A stretch of 36,345 nt of DNA from Candidatus Woesearchaeota archaeon (lineage in GTDB: Archaea; Nanobdellota; Nanobdellia; Pacearchaeales; GW2011-AR1): assembly GCA_964395405.1 (NCBI GenBank), contig CAYNAV010000004.1, forward strand, positions 1 through 36,345, written 5' to 3'. Under the pieces are notes generated by a model that saw nothing but the letters and a program-made list of their open reading frames with translations, was not told the DNA's origin and searched no databases. Below are positions 1 to 10,185 of the stretch, one piece after another. Position numbers and translations under genes: made by a program. Position 1 is the stretch's first letter, and the number at the start of each line of letters is the position of its first letter.

Positions 1-3000
1 ATATTTGTATTCATTTTATTTGGGATTATTTTGGCTGGGGGGGTTGGGGCGACTGCTCCTAGCTGGGGTAGTTCTTCCACTATAAATTACACCGCTATTG
101 AAGGGGTCAGTTATTATCATAATCTCAGCAGCAATATTACGGGTTTTAATAATGATGTAACTTTTGCTATAGATACTACGCCGCCAAATTATTATATTTA
201 TTGGACTACTTCAAATGGTCGGAGTTCTGTTTCTGTTGCAACTATTTCTTCATGGATTAATATTACTAATTCATCATCTGGCAACTTAACAATTAATGCA
301 AGATATGACAATCAAACTGGTTTTTTTGAGATTCCCATTCAGGCAAAAAATATTACTGATGATTCTGCCACAACAGAAGTTTTTGAGTTCATAATAAATG
401 CAACAAACGATGCGCCTAATTTTACATCTGCTGTTAACAGCAGTTATAGTGTTCCCATAAGCTCGGGTAACTATTCATTAAATCTTTATGCAACAGACGA
501 GGAGATGCATTATCCCCTTGCATTTAATTATACGGTCTATAATTGTAGTGTTTCTAGTTTAAGCACAAGATACAACTCAACAGGAGACGATAATTGTACT
601 TTAACAATCTCAAATGCTACATTATCTCAAACATCTTATCAGATAAATCTTACAGGCTTGACAAGTAATGATATGGGGGTTTATAATTTAAGTGTTTGCG
701 TAATGGATAATGCAACTGCTAATGTTTCGAGGATTCCTTTGTATGCTGATGCAAGTTATAATGACACTAAGTTTACATGTAAAAATATTAAACTAAATAT
801 CCAGTCTGCTTTGACGATTACTTCCAATTGTTCTGGATTAAATTTGACCGAAGATGGTATTTTGGGCTGTAGGATTAATGTTAGTACCAAAGGGGAGAGC
901 GACAATTTAATTTTATGGAGCAACGCTTCGTTGAGAGGGTATACTGCTTTGTCCGGAGCATTTAATCAAAGTTGGTTTTACTTTTATAATGCTTCTTCTG
1001 CTGAAAACTTCTTTTATTATGTTGATATTAATGTATCCCTTGATAAATTAAAAGTGGGAAACTGGTCCATTAATTTTACTGTTAATGATACAACTTCTTC
1101 AGAGGTTGGTTCAGCATTGTTTTATATCTATGTTAACTGGTCTGGAACTAATTCACTTCCTGCAATGACGTCTATTTCTAACATTAACAATTTATCAGTT
1201 AATTATTTTAAAGAGATTTATTTTAATGTTTCGGATAATGATATTATTGTTCCAGATAAAAATGTGAGAAATGAGACCTTTAATTATTCTTATACTGTTC
1301 TTAATCAAACAGATTTATCAGTGTTAGCTAATTTTAGCAGTGATTTTAATTTTTCTAGAATTGGAGATGTTGCAGGAACTAACAAAACTAGAATGAAGAT
1401 ATTATTCACGCCTAATTCTAGCGAGGCAGGTAATTATACTATTAATGTAACTGCAACCGATAGTTTTGGAGAGGTAACTTTTTCTTTGTTTAATGTCTCT
1501 ATTTTGAGCAATAGCGCTCCTCAATGGAATAGCAGTGTTAATTATGTTTTTAATTTAAATACAAGTACTGTGGCAGGTGACGAGAGCTTTAGATTTACAT
1601 TAAATCTCACAAATGCTTCTGGATTGGCTTATGCTTTCGATAATGAGTTGGATGAAATTAGTTTTACAAATGGTTCTGCATTTACTCATTTTAATCTTTC
1701 TAACGGTGTTATTAATTTTATCCCGTGGAAGCAAGATATTGGCTCTTGGAATATTAGCATTACTGCTACAGATACGCTTGGTCTGACTAATACAACTTAT
1801 TTTATTTTTAATATAAGCAATAATAATACTTCTCCGAAGATTATCTCTTTGACTTCCAATGATGACGAATCCCCGATAACAAATGGAAGCAGTGTTACTT
1901 GGGCAGAAGATGCTATTTTGACTTTTGAGTTGAGTATCAATGATACTGATTTATTAATTATAAATAAAAGTGTCTATAATGAATCTTTGAATGTTGATAT
2001 GGTTGTTGCATATCTAAATGGGACTGCTGTTTCTGATTTTTTTAACTTTAACTTTAATTCGAATAGCAGTGAAAACCAGACTTTCCTAGGAAGCTTTACA
2101 CCCGCTGCGAGTCAAATTGGGAATTATAGTGTTGTACTTAGTGTGACGGACAATAGCAGTGCCGTTGCATATCTTAATTTTAATGTTAATATAACATCTA
2201 CAGCTGACGCTCCGAATTTATCTTTAATTTCAAATCAATTTAAAACAACAAATGAGGCTCTTTATTTAGATATCAATGCGACTGATGAAGAAGATGGTAG
2301 TGATAGCTCTGGGAATTTAGTCTTTGCGATTTATAACTTAACTGCTGGAGGGAATTTCATTAATTCTTCTAATTTTAACTCTACTACTGGTGTTATTAAT
2401 CTGACAAGCCTTGAGGGATATGCTGGGCTTTGGACGTTTAATGTAACAGTTAATGATACTAATAATGATACTGATTCACAAGAGTTCAATATTACAATTT
2501 ATGGCCCTTATAGCTTGACATCTCCTTCTGAGGAAGATGTTTTTAACTTTACTGAAAATATAGCAGATAATTTTAGTTTCGCATTAAATCATTCCGTCGG
2601 AGATAACTTGACTTATGAGTTGTGGATGAATAATATTACCTGTTCTTATCAAAATAATTCTAATTGTACTTATTCCAATATGAGCTTAGTACAGTCTGCA
2701 AATAATTCTGGAAATGGGAGTTTATTTAACTGGAGTTTTACACCGAGCTACTGGGACGAGACTTATGGAAATTATAAAAATCTGACCTTGAGAGTTTATC
2801 CAGCAACATTGGAATTGAATTCAACACAAAAAACTTTGATTTCACAGAACTTTACATTTTATCTTAATATTAGTCATACTAATTATCCTGTTGTTGTTGT
2901 GCAGAATATTCCAAATCCTTATTCCAGCACGACTTATGGTTCAACTACCCCGATTACTATTGATTTAACTTCTTATTTTAGAGATATAGACTATCTAGAT

Positions 3001-3954
3001 GGTTATTATCTGCAAGATGTTATATTCAATATAACTACAAATGTCTCGAATAGCATTGTTCGAGCTGAGAGTTACGAGACGGCTAATCGATTGCCTTGGA
3101 ACGGCACAATTAGTGATTGGAGTTTGCAATTATATGGGGAAGAAGCAGGATCAGAGCAGATTACGATTGTTGCAAATGATTCTAATAGCTCTTCCACAAA
3201 TGGGCCATTTACAGTTACATTTACCGCTCCAAGCACAACCCCTGTGGCAACCCCCACATCTAGTGGAGGAGGAGGAAGTAGTATTAAACATTATTCATTA
3301 AGAATAATTACTCCTGCAGATATTATTGTTTCAGAGAACAATTTTATTTCAGTTCCGTTTTCGGTTGAGAATAATGGAGAAATAGATCTTGCAGGAATAA
3401 ATCTGAGCACGATGGTCTTTTATGAAAATTTATTTTCCGATGCAGTTAGTATTTCTCTTGAAGATGCATATATAGACAAACTTGGTTTTGGGCAGTCAAA
3501 AAATTTTACAATGACTATTCGTGCAAATACTCATGTCGCAGGAAAGTATAAGGCGACTGTTTATGCAGATATTACTTCTCCAAAGTTTTCAGATTGGGGA
3601 GATTTTTATATTGAGTTAAGAAAAACAAATGAATCAGAAGCAGAGCAGATGCTATTATTTACTGAGAAACTTATTTCGGAAAATCCAAAGTGTATAGAAC
3701 TTACCGAGTTGCTTAATGAGGCACGAAAGCTGTTGGACAATGCAGATTATAGCGCTTCTTTTCAAAAATCAAAAGAGGCACTTAATGCTTGTGAAAATGC
3801 AATATCCTCAAATGAGCAAGTTAATTATAGGACTGGAGAAACGCAAGATTTATTTACATATATAGGATACAGTACTTTGGTTGTATTTGGAATTGGTTTT
3901 ATTTTTTATATTTATAAAAGAGTAAGGTTTAATAAATCAAAAATCAATGACTAG
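1..3954 (+). CDS. Large cell-surface glycoprotein/adhesin with cadherin/Ig-like repeats and C-terminal TM anchor (5' partial)
   Basis: The frame is open from base 1 (IFVFILFGIILAGGVGA, a signal-peptide h-region), so the true start lies left of the window. Very dense N-x-S/T sequons, repeated beta modules (NDAPNF, NSAPQW, ADAPNL, ATDEED), a PSTTPVATPTSSGGGG linker, a CARDB-like domain (VENNGEIDL), then a TM helix and basic tail (YIGYSTLVVFGIGFIFYIYKRVR). Confidence 0.8.
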   Translation: MFVFILFGIILAGGVGATAPSWGSSSTINYTAIEGVSYYHNLSSNITGFNNDVTFAIDTTPPNYYIYWTTSNGRSSVSVATISSWINITNSSSGNLTINARYDNQTGFFEIPIQAKNITDDSATTEVFEFIINATNDAPNFTSAVNSSYSVPISSGNYSLNLYATDEEMHYPLAFNYTVYNCSVSSLSTRYNSTGDDNCTLTISNATLSQTSYQINLTGLTSNDMGVYNLSVCVMDNATANVSRIPLYADASYNDTKFTCKNIKLNIQSALTITSNCSGLNLTEDGILGCRINVSTKGESDNLILWSNASLRGYTALSGAFNQSWFYFYNASSAENFFYYVDINVSLDKLKVGNWSINFTVNDTTSSEVGSALFYIYVNWSGTNSLPAMTSISNINNLSVNYFKEIYFNVSDNDIIVPDKNVRNETFNYSYTVLNQTDLSVLANFSSDFNFSRIGDVAGTNKTRMKILFTPNSSEAGNYTINVTATDSFGEVTFSLFNVSILSNSAPQWNSSVNYVFNLNTSTVAGDESFRFTLNLTNASGLAYAFDNELDEISFTNGSAFTHFNLSNGVINFIPWKQDIGSWNISITATDTLGLTNTTYFIFNISNNNTSPKIISLTSNDDESPITNGSSVTWAEDAILTFELSINDTDLLIINKSVYNESLNVDMVVAYLNGTAVSDFFNFNFNSNSSENQTFLGSFTPAASQIGNYSVVLSVTDNSSAVAYLNFNVNITSTADAPNLSLISNQFKTTNEALYLDINATDEEDGSDSSGNLVFAIYNLTAGGNFINSSNFNSTTGVINLTSLEGYAGLWTFNVTVNDTNNDTDSQEFNITIYGPYSLTSPSEEDVFNFTENIADNFSFALNHSVGDNLTYELWMNNITCSYQNNSNCTYSNMSLVQSANNSGNGSLFNWSFTPSYWDETYGNYKNLTLRVYPATLELNSTQKTLISQNFTFYLNISHTNYPVVVVQNIPNPYSSTTYGSTTPITIDLTSYFRDIDYLDGYYLQDVIFNITTNVSNSIVRAESYETANRLPWNGTISDWSLQLYGEEAGSEQITIVANDSNSSSTNGPFTVTFTAPSTTPVATPTSSGGGGSSIKHYSLRIITPADIIVSENNFISVPFSVENNGEIDLAGINLSTMVFYENLFSDAVSISLEDAYIDKLGFGQSKNFTMTIRANTHVAGKYKATVYADITSPKFSDWGDFYIELRKTNESEAEQMLLFTEKLISENPKCIELTELLNEARKLLDNADYSASFQKSKEALNACENAISSNEQVNYRTGETQDLFTYIGYSTLVVFGIGFIFYIYKRVRFNKSKIND

Positions 3955-3956
3955 TA

Positions 3957-3963
3957 GAGGTGA
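3957..3963 (+). promoter_or_regulatory. Shine-Dalgarno GAGGTGA before moxR
   Basis: Archaeal-type SD, 3 nt before ATG 3967. Confidence 0.6.
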
Positions 3964-3966
3964 ATA

Positions 3967-4953
3967 ATGAAAAAAAGAGAAAATGCAGCTTTAGCAAGGG
4001 ATGTTTCTCATGTGCCAAAAGTTATAAATGGCATTGAAGAAGAAATGTCTAAAATAATTGTTGGACAAAGGGAGATTATTCATGGAATTATTCGAGCAAT
4101 ATTATGTGATGGGCATGTTCTTGTTGAAGGTGTTCCTGGTGTTGCTAAAACATTAATTGTAAAATCCATTGCAAAAATAATGGGTTGTGATTCAAAGAGA
4201 GTCCAGTTTACTGTGGATCTTTTACCTACAGATATTACAGGGATTATGAGTTATGATCCTAAAAAAGGATTTGAGATTGTTCGGGGCCCTATTTTTACTA
4301 ACTTTATGATTGCCGATGAAATAAACAGAAGTCCTCCAAAAACACAATCGGCTCTTCTTGAAGCGATGCAGGAGAAAGCAGTAACTATTTCAAGGAAGAC
4401 ATATAATTTACCTCTGCCTTTTTTTGTTATGGCTACTGAAAATCCGCTAGAAGTAAGCGGAGTATACAAATTGCCTGAAGCACAGGTGGATAGATTTTTA
4501 TTTAAATTACTTGTTGAGTATCCAAGCCAAAAAGAGGAGTTTATGATTCTTGATCAAAATATTTCTATTAGGAAATTTGAGGACTTTAAGATTAAAAGTA
4601 TACTCAACCCTAAAAAAATTATAGATTTGCAAAAACAAGTAAAACAAGTTTTTGCATCTGATGCAATCAAGAGTTATATTCTGGATATTGTTAATGAAAC
4701 GAGGAATAGTTGTACTGAGTATGGGCGGTTTATTTCATATGGTGCAAGCCCAAGAGCGTCCATTGCATTGATATTATCTTCTAAAGCAGAAGCACTAATG
4801 CATGGAAGAAATTATGTAATTCCTTCAGATGTAAAAGAGGTTGCACACCCTGTTTTAAGACATAGGCTTATCTTGAATTATGAGGCTGAGGCAGAGAAGA
4901 TATCATCTGATAAGATCATAAATCATATTCTGAACAGGGTTAGGGCACCCTGA
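3967..4953 (+). CDS. moxR: MoxR-family AAA+ ATPase
   Basis: Walker A GVPGVAKT, RVQFTVDLLPTDITG, Walker B region DEINRSPPKTQSALLEAMQE, GASPRA and VLRHRL. Confidence 0.95.
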   Translation: MKKRENAALARDVSHVPKVINGIEEEMSKIIVGQREIIHGIIRAILCDGHVLVEGVPGVAKTLIVKSIAKIMGCDSKRVQFTVDLLPTDITGIMSYDPKKGFEIVRGPIFTNFMIADEINRSPPKTQSALLEAMQEKAVTISRKTYNLPLPFFVMATENPLEVSGVYKLPEAQVDRFLFKLLVEYPSQKEEFMILDQNISIRKFEDFKIKSILNPKKIIDLQKQVKQVFASDAIKSYILDIVNETRNSCTEYGRFISYGASPRASIALILSSKAEALMHGRNYVIPSDVKEVAHPVLRHRLILNYEAEAEKISSDKIINHILNRVRAP

Positions 4954-4957
4954 TAAA

Positions 4958-5845
4958 ATGAAAGGTAAGTTTGAAGTTAATTTTGCAGGAGTTATCTCTG
5001 AATTTGAAAGAGCGATTCAGAAATTCCAGGTGAAGAGAATTCTTTATAAGACTGTTTTTAGAGGAAAGGGCCTTGAATTTGACAGCTATAGGGATTTTGA
5101 ATCTGATGATGATTCTGGCATGATTGACTGGAAGGCGAGTTTAAGGGGAAATAAGCTTCTCGCTAAGAAGTATGTTGAGGAAAGAGATATGGACATTTAT
5201 TTTTTTGTGGATGTGAGTAATAGCATGCTTTTTGGCTCTGGAAAGGTTTTAAAAGCAGAGTATGCCGCAGAACTTATTGCTTCTTTAAGCCATTTAATTA
5301 TGAATTCAGGAGATAATGTGGGGCTTGTGTTCTTTTCTGATAAAATTGTTAAGGTGCTTAGACCTTTAAGGGATGCAAATCATTTTGGAATTGAAACATC
5401 GATATTGTCCGATGCTGCTTATTATGGCGGCGGTTTTGATTTTAATAGTGCTGTTGATTTTGCTCTTAAAACAATAGTATCGCCTTCTTCAATGATTATT
5501 CTTGTTTCTGATTTTATTAGGATGAATGATAAATGTGAAAATCACCTAAAGTTGCTTGCTGCAAGATTTGAAACAATAGCTATTATGATAAGGGATCCTT
5601 TTGACGAGGAACTTCCAAATGTAAAAGGTCAGATGATAGTTCAAGACCCTTATTCAGGCAATCAAATGCTTATAGATCCCTCGTTGATTGCGGACCAATA
5701 TAAGCAGAATGCGTTGAAGCATAAGGAAAAGATAATTAGAATATTTAGAGAGTCTGGTGTTGATTTCTTTGAGATTAATACTAATAAAAGCTTTATTATT
5801 CCTTTTGTTTCATTCCTAAAAAGAAGAGCTGGAGGAGGGATATAA
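4958..5845 (+). CDS. DUF58 / vWA-domain MoxR partner
   Basis: GLEFDSYRDFESDDDSGMIDWKASLR (DUF58 signature), DVSNSM MIDAS-like motif, ILVSDF; directly follows moxR. Confidence 0.92.
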   Translation: MKGKFEVNFAGVISEFERAIQKFQVKRILYKTVFRGKGLEFDSYRDFESDDDSGMIDWKASLRGNKLLAKKYVEERDMDIYFFVDVSNSMLFGSGKVLKAEYAAELIASLSHLIMNSGDNVGLVFFSDKIVKVLRPLRDANHFGIETSILSDAAYYGGGFDFNSAVDFALKTIVSPSSMIILVSDFIRMNDKCENHLKLLAARFETIAIMIRDPFDEELPNVKGQMIVQDPYSGNQMLIDPSLIADQYKQNALKHKEKIIRIFRESGVDFFEINTNKSFIIPFVSFLKRRAGGGI

Positions 5846-6771
5846 TGGCTATTGTGAGTTTTTTATACCCTCGATTTTTGCTTTTGCTTTTTATTGTGCC
5901 TTTTTTCATATTTGTTTATTTTTTAAGCATGGTTTATAAAAAGAAAAGAGCGGTTGTCTTTTCAAATTTCGAGGCGATAGAAAGATTTTATGATGTAGAA
6001 TTCTTTTCAAAGAATTTTATTGCTCTTTACGTAAATATTGCAATTGTCTGCTTTATTGTTTTTGCACTTGCAGGAACTAATATTAACTTCGAGGCTAATA
6101 CAAGCACATATTCTTACGTTCTTCTTATTGATAATTCCTTGAGTATGAAAACGGCAGACATTCTTCCTAGCAGGCTTGAGGCTGCTAAGATTTCTGCAGG
6201 AAAGTTTGTGGACCTTCTTCCACCGGGAGTTGAGGTTGGTGTGGTTTCTTTTTCTGGGGATGCGGAAGTCATGCAGGAATTAACCTCTTTGAAATATAAG
6301 CTTAAGGAATCTATTAATGTGATTGATTTTGGTGTAGTTCAGGGAACAAATGTCTATAATGCTCTTCTTTCAGTAAAAAGGATTTTTGGGGATGCTCCAA
6401 GAAAGGCGGTTATTTTAATAAGTGATGGTCAGCTTAATGTTGGAAGTGCATCTCAAGTTGTGAGATATGCAAATCAGGAAAATTTTGTTGTGGATACTCT
6501 TGCAGTAGGGACTGCAGATGGGGGGATAACAGAAATGGATACTGTTTCGAAGTTAGATGAGGATTTTTTAAAATCTCTGGCGTTTGAAACTCAAGGTCAC
6601 TTTTTTACTGTTGAGGATAATGCCGGTTTTGACGAGTCTTTTAATGAGATTCTTTATGATACTAATAAAGATGTTTCTTTTGATATTTCTATGTATCTTT
6701 TGCTTGCGGCGATTCTTTTGTTTTGTTTTAGCTGGATAGCTGATAATTTCAGGTTTAAGATAACTTCTTGA
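5845..6771 (+). CDS. BatA-like membrane vWA-domain protein
   Basis: N-terminal TM (FLYPRFLLLLFIVP), MIDAS DNSLS...T...ISDG, SRLEAAK, C-terminal TM; TAATG overlap with the upstream gene. Confidence 0.9.
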   Translation: MAIVSFLYPRFLLLLFIVPFFIFVYFLSMVYKKKRAVVFSNFEAIERFYDVEFFSKNFIALYVNIAIVCFIVFALAGTNINFEANTSTYSYVLLIDNSLSMKTADILPSRLEAAKISAGKFVDLLPPGVEVGVVSFSGDAEVMQELTSLKYKLKESINVIDFGVVQGTNVYNALLSVKRIFGDAPRKAVILISDGQLNVGSASQVVRYANQENFVVDTLAVGTADGGITEMDTVSKLDEDFLKSLAFETQGHFFTVEDNAGFDESFNEILYDTNKDVSFDISMYLLLAAILLFCFSWIADNFRFKITS

Positions 6772-6931
6772 TGTTATAATCTTAATTTAGCATCAGTGAT
6801 ACTGTTTTTATTTTAATGAGAATGTATATCTTTTGTAATTTAATCTTTATTAGAACTTTGGTGGTTTGTTTTTAAACAAGGGAAGCGGAATTAAAGGGCA
6901 TCTAATTTTACATGTTTAGTTTTTTTAAAGA

Positions 6932-8257
6932 TTAAATAGACTTTATAATATTGAAGAAGAAGTCTGAAATTCTCTCAAGGATTGTTCTTTTAAATGTCTT
7001 TTTTTGTTTGAGAGAACAGTCTTGGCATGAGCCACCACAATCTATATCTATTTCTCCACTATCTTTTATCCCATTATGGCATGAATCGCAGTAATCATCC
7101 ATCTCTTTTCCTTCAGTTAAATCTATATTCAGATAGGGGTTTGCTTTATCTTTACTCTTTTCTATTCTTGCTATCATCTGGTTGTTAAGTTTGTTATAAA
7201 CTCCAGTATATTCTTTTCCGCATTTTTCAAATTGCAGGATATATACATCCATTGTTATTGCACATTCTTTTTTTTCATACTTTGTTTGTGTGCATGAATT
7301 TCTGTCTGAGCAGGTTCTTGAAGTTATACCCTCTATATTCTCAACTCCGTTTATTATATCTAAGAAATTATAATCTGCTTTACACTCACTCCAGTCGGTG
7401 CATATTGGATCTGGTCTGCACCTTTCTTCATTGTTATTGCATTCTAGTTTTTCAGGTATTGTATATTTAGTTCCACAATAGTTCTTATCTTTGCATGTTG
7501 GTGTGGTATATCCGTTAGCGCATTTAGACCATTCACAGTTCCAGGATTCTATACATGTATTATTACAATATCTTGTTAAATCTGGCGAGTCCGTAGGAAT
7601 TTTGCATTTATTTAAATCTTCACAGTCCCTTCTCTGAATCCCTTCTTGACATTGGTCCCATAGGCTGCAGGACCATTTTGAAGTGCATAAAGCTTTCCAG
7701 ATTCTTTCTTTGTTAATAAGCTCAGTAGCCAGGGTGTCTGAATCTTTTTGAATGGTATCTGAAGCTAAGCTGTTTGGCTCGAAGTTATTTATTCCAGAAC
7801 TTACATTTATAGATATTGCTGTGGTGCTAACATTACTGTTGCAATCTTTTATGAAAAGTGTTCTTGGTGTTTTGCATAGTGGCGCTGAAAATTCTTTTAG
7901 GATTTCGAGGGAAATTTGGACATTAATCGGGTTCTCATTTGTGTTAATTCTATACTTCTTTTTTTCACCTATATTTGGAATATCCGTTGTTATAAAATTC
8001 TCAGTCCCTGAAAAATTTATTTCTATTTTTTTAAGGTTATAAGTATCATAGCTTCTTTCAAGTTCTATAAAAATAGCTCTTGCCGAATTATCATAGCAGG
8101 CATCATAAACAAGACTTGTTACATGGTTTACATCTACACAATCATTTTGTGTTTTTGTTATCCCCTTGTTATTGAATCTTAAACCTATTAATATGAGGAG
8201 AGTTACTATGAGAAGTATTATGATGATATTTGTAAAGGTGATTAATTTTTTGCTCAT
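6932..8257 (-). CDS. Membrane-anchored Cys-rich extracellular repeat protein
   Basis: N-terminal TM; three related Cys/Trp repeats (CTSKWSCSLWDQC, CIESWNCEWSKC, CRPDPICTDWSEC); C-terminal CHNGIKDSGEIDIDCGGSCQDC module. Confidence 0.8.
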   Translation of the reverse strand: MSKKLITFTNIIIILLIVTLLILIGLRFNNKGITKTQNDCVDVNHVTSLVYDACYDNSARAIFIELERSYDTYNLKKIEINFSGTENFITTDIPNIGEKKKYRINTNENPINVQISLEILKEFSAPLCKTPRTLFIKDCNSNVSTTAISINVSSGINNFEPNSLASDTIQKDSDTLATELINKERIWKALCTSKWSCSLWDQCQEGIQRRDCEDLNKCKIPTDSPDLTRYCNNTCIESWNCEWSKCANGYTTPTCKDKNYCGTKYTIPEKLECNNNEERCRPDPICTDWSECKADYNFLDIINGVENIEGITSRTCSDRNSCTQTKYEKKECAITMDVYILQFEKCGKEYTGVYNKLNNQMIARIEKSKDKANPYLNIDLTEGKEMDDYCDSCHNGIKDSGEIDIDCGGSCQDCSLKQKKTFKRTILERISDFFFNIIKSI

Positions 8258-8315
8258 ATTTTATACTAATCTCTCCTGATTAATATTGCTATTTTTAACT
8301 CTGAAATTAATAATT

Positions 8316-9068
8316 TTAATGTTTTCTTCCAGAATGTTTAATTTTTATCTTTCTATGATTTTTTATAATCCTTGATGTCCTTATTGTTTTTGCCTTGTGA
8401 TGAATTGTCTTAGCATTGTGGTGGACTATTTTAGCTTTATGGTGCGTCATCTTAGTGTTGTGATGAACTGTCTTAATTTTATGATGGGCTTTTATGCTCT
8501 TTTCTAATTTTCTCTTTCTAATTTTCTCTTTTCTGTGGCTGAATTCTGATTTGAATGAGTTAAGAATTTTTCTGAAAAATCCTTGGTTTTCTAGTTGTTT
8601 CCTTAATTTTGCCATGTCTTTATTTCTTATTATTCTTATAAGTTCTGAGGAGAGCTCATTTAATTTTTCATTGTCTATCTTTTCTGGGAAGTAATAAACA
8701 TGCATCATCTCTTCGGATAATTCTGCTAATTCCAATTCCTTTATTTTTTTTAGTTCGTCGATAAGAAGAGGGTATTCTTCCCTTTGGGCGGAAGCAAGAT
8801 ACTCTTTAATCACTTCTTTCACTATTTCACTTATTGAATCTAACTTTTCTTTTGGAGTCTTATTAGTGTGATTTATCATTCTTATTCTTTTTATTCTTGG
8901 GTCTTCAGGAAGTGTTAACCCTATCCTACTTTTCATTTTGGGGTCTTTTTTCATTTTTCTTTCAAATAATGCAAGGATTAAAGCGAGAATTATTGCAAGC
9001 AAAACAATCCCGATAAGAAGATAAGTCGGACTATCTAAGATTTGTTCTAGAATATTATTCCACCCCAT
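8316..9068 (-). CDS. Single-pass membrane protein with His/Lys-rich repetitive C-tail
   Basis: 250-aa ORF; TM YLLIGIVLLAIILALILALF; TATA-like TTTTTATA about 25-30 nt upstream; HH heptad repeats. Confidence 0.8.
   Translation of the reverse strand: MGWNNILEQILDSPTYLLIGIVLLAIILALILALFERKMKKDPKMKSRIGLTLPEDPRIKRIRMINHTNKTPKEKLDSISEIVKEVIKEYLASAQREEYPLLIDELKKIKELELAELSEEMMHVYYFPEKIDNEKLNELSSELIRIIRNKDMAKLRKQLENQGFFRKILNSFKSEFSHRKEKIRKRKLEKSIKAHHKIKTVHHNTKMTHHKAKIVHHNAKTIHHKAKTIRTSRIIKNHRKIKIKHSGRKH
8383..8496 (-). repeat. Degenerate 21-bp tandem repeat (about 5 units) encoding HH-containing heptads
   Basis: IKAHHKI KTVHHNT KMTHHKA KIVHHNA KTIHHKA KTI. Confidence 0.8.
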
Positions 9069-9099
9069 AGATTATAGACAATTTGTTAATATAAAAACC

Positions 9100-10143
9100 T
9101 TATGTTGATGGATTTTTAATTATTTTTAGGATGTTTTCCTTAAATTGTTCTAGTAAGTCAATTGGGACTGTTGCGCCACATGCTTCTTCATGTCCCCCGC
9201 CAGTTGAGTCCTCTATGTCTTGGATTGCTTTTAGTGTTATTTCCTTTGCATTTTTTCCTCTTATGGATATATTTGCCCTATCTTGCCTTTTGAATGCGAC
9301 TATTATTGTCTTTTTTTTATTTCTAAAGTATAGCTTGTTTGACAGTTCAGAGGATATGCTTATTGTTCCAGAATAGGAGAAAAATATAATGTTCGGTAGT
9401 GTTTGTTGTGCCTCTGCTTTTTCTACGAGTTTGCTTAACATTGTGTTTAGTTCTTTGTATCTTTTATGAAGGTGGTAAGTCTGGCTATTTTCCTCTAATA
9501 AATCGTGAGGCGAATTTATTTTTTGAAGGTACCTTATGAGGTTTAGAACATTTGTTGTTGTATCTTTTAACCCAAAGTTTAGCATATTTACTATTTTTCC
9601 TATTTCTGTTAAGTAGATGGAATCAAAAGCATTCCAAGAATTATCAAAAAGCTCAGGACACTCTTTTGCAAACTCTTCTGAAAAATCTGGCTTATATACA
9701 TCTCCGATACAGCCAATCATTGCAAGCCATATATCTTGTTTTCTTTTGAAAATACTTTGGGCAATATAGGTTACTGGCTCTTCACTGGGCGATGAATTGT
9801 AGTAATATACTTTTTTTATGATATCTTCTTCGACCTGGACATTGTGGTGATCAATCCAGATTATTGGAATGTTTCTTTCAATGACTTCATTTATGAATTC
9901 ACTGCTTACTCTTGGCTTGTCCAGTATAAATATTGCGTCTGGATTTAACTCATTTATTTTTCTTAGGTATTCTTTGTTTAACTCGGGGAATGATTTTATT
10001 GCAACTCCTTTTCCCCTGTCTAAAGCTCTTCTTAAAATGAGGAAACTGCATAGTCCGTCCGCATCATTATCAAAAAAGAAAAGGGGATTTTGAGATTTTT
10101 CCAGATGTTCGCGAATTTCATTTAGCTTTTTTTGAGGTAACAT
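9100..10143 (-). CDS. DHH-DHHA1 family phosphoesterase
   Basis: Motif I DNDADG, motif II ILD, motif III WIDHH, motif IV GCIGDV, and DHHA1 SIRG...GGGHEEACG. Confidence 0.92.
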   Translation of the reverse strand: MLPQKKLNEIREHLEKSQNPLFFFDNDADGLCSFLILRRALDRGKGVAIKSFPELNKEYLRKINELNPDAIFILDKPRVSSEFINEVIERNIPIIWIDHHNVQVEEDIIKKVYYYNSSPSEEPVTYIAQSIFKRKQDIWLAMIGCIGDVYKPDFSEEFAKECPELFDNSWNAFDSIYLTEIGKIVNMLNFGLKDTTTNVLNLIRYLQKINSPHDLLEENSQTYHLHKRYKELNTMLSKLVEKAEAQQTLPNIIFFSYSGTISISSELSNKLYFRNKKKTIIVAFKRQDRANISIRGKNAKEITLKAIQDIEDSTGGGHEEACGATVPIDLLEQFKENILKIIKNPST

Positions 10144-10185
10144 TGTTTTTTATTAGGGGGTATTAATAGTTTAAAAAGATTGGTT

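Noticed and set aside
7076-7090. CDSCH heme-c-binding (CxxCH) motif
   Set aside because: It is a single occurrence inside a disulfide-type CxxCxNGxxDxGExDxDCGGxC module, and there are no cytochrome c maturation genes in the window.
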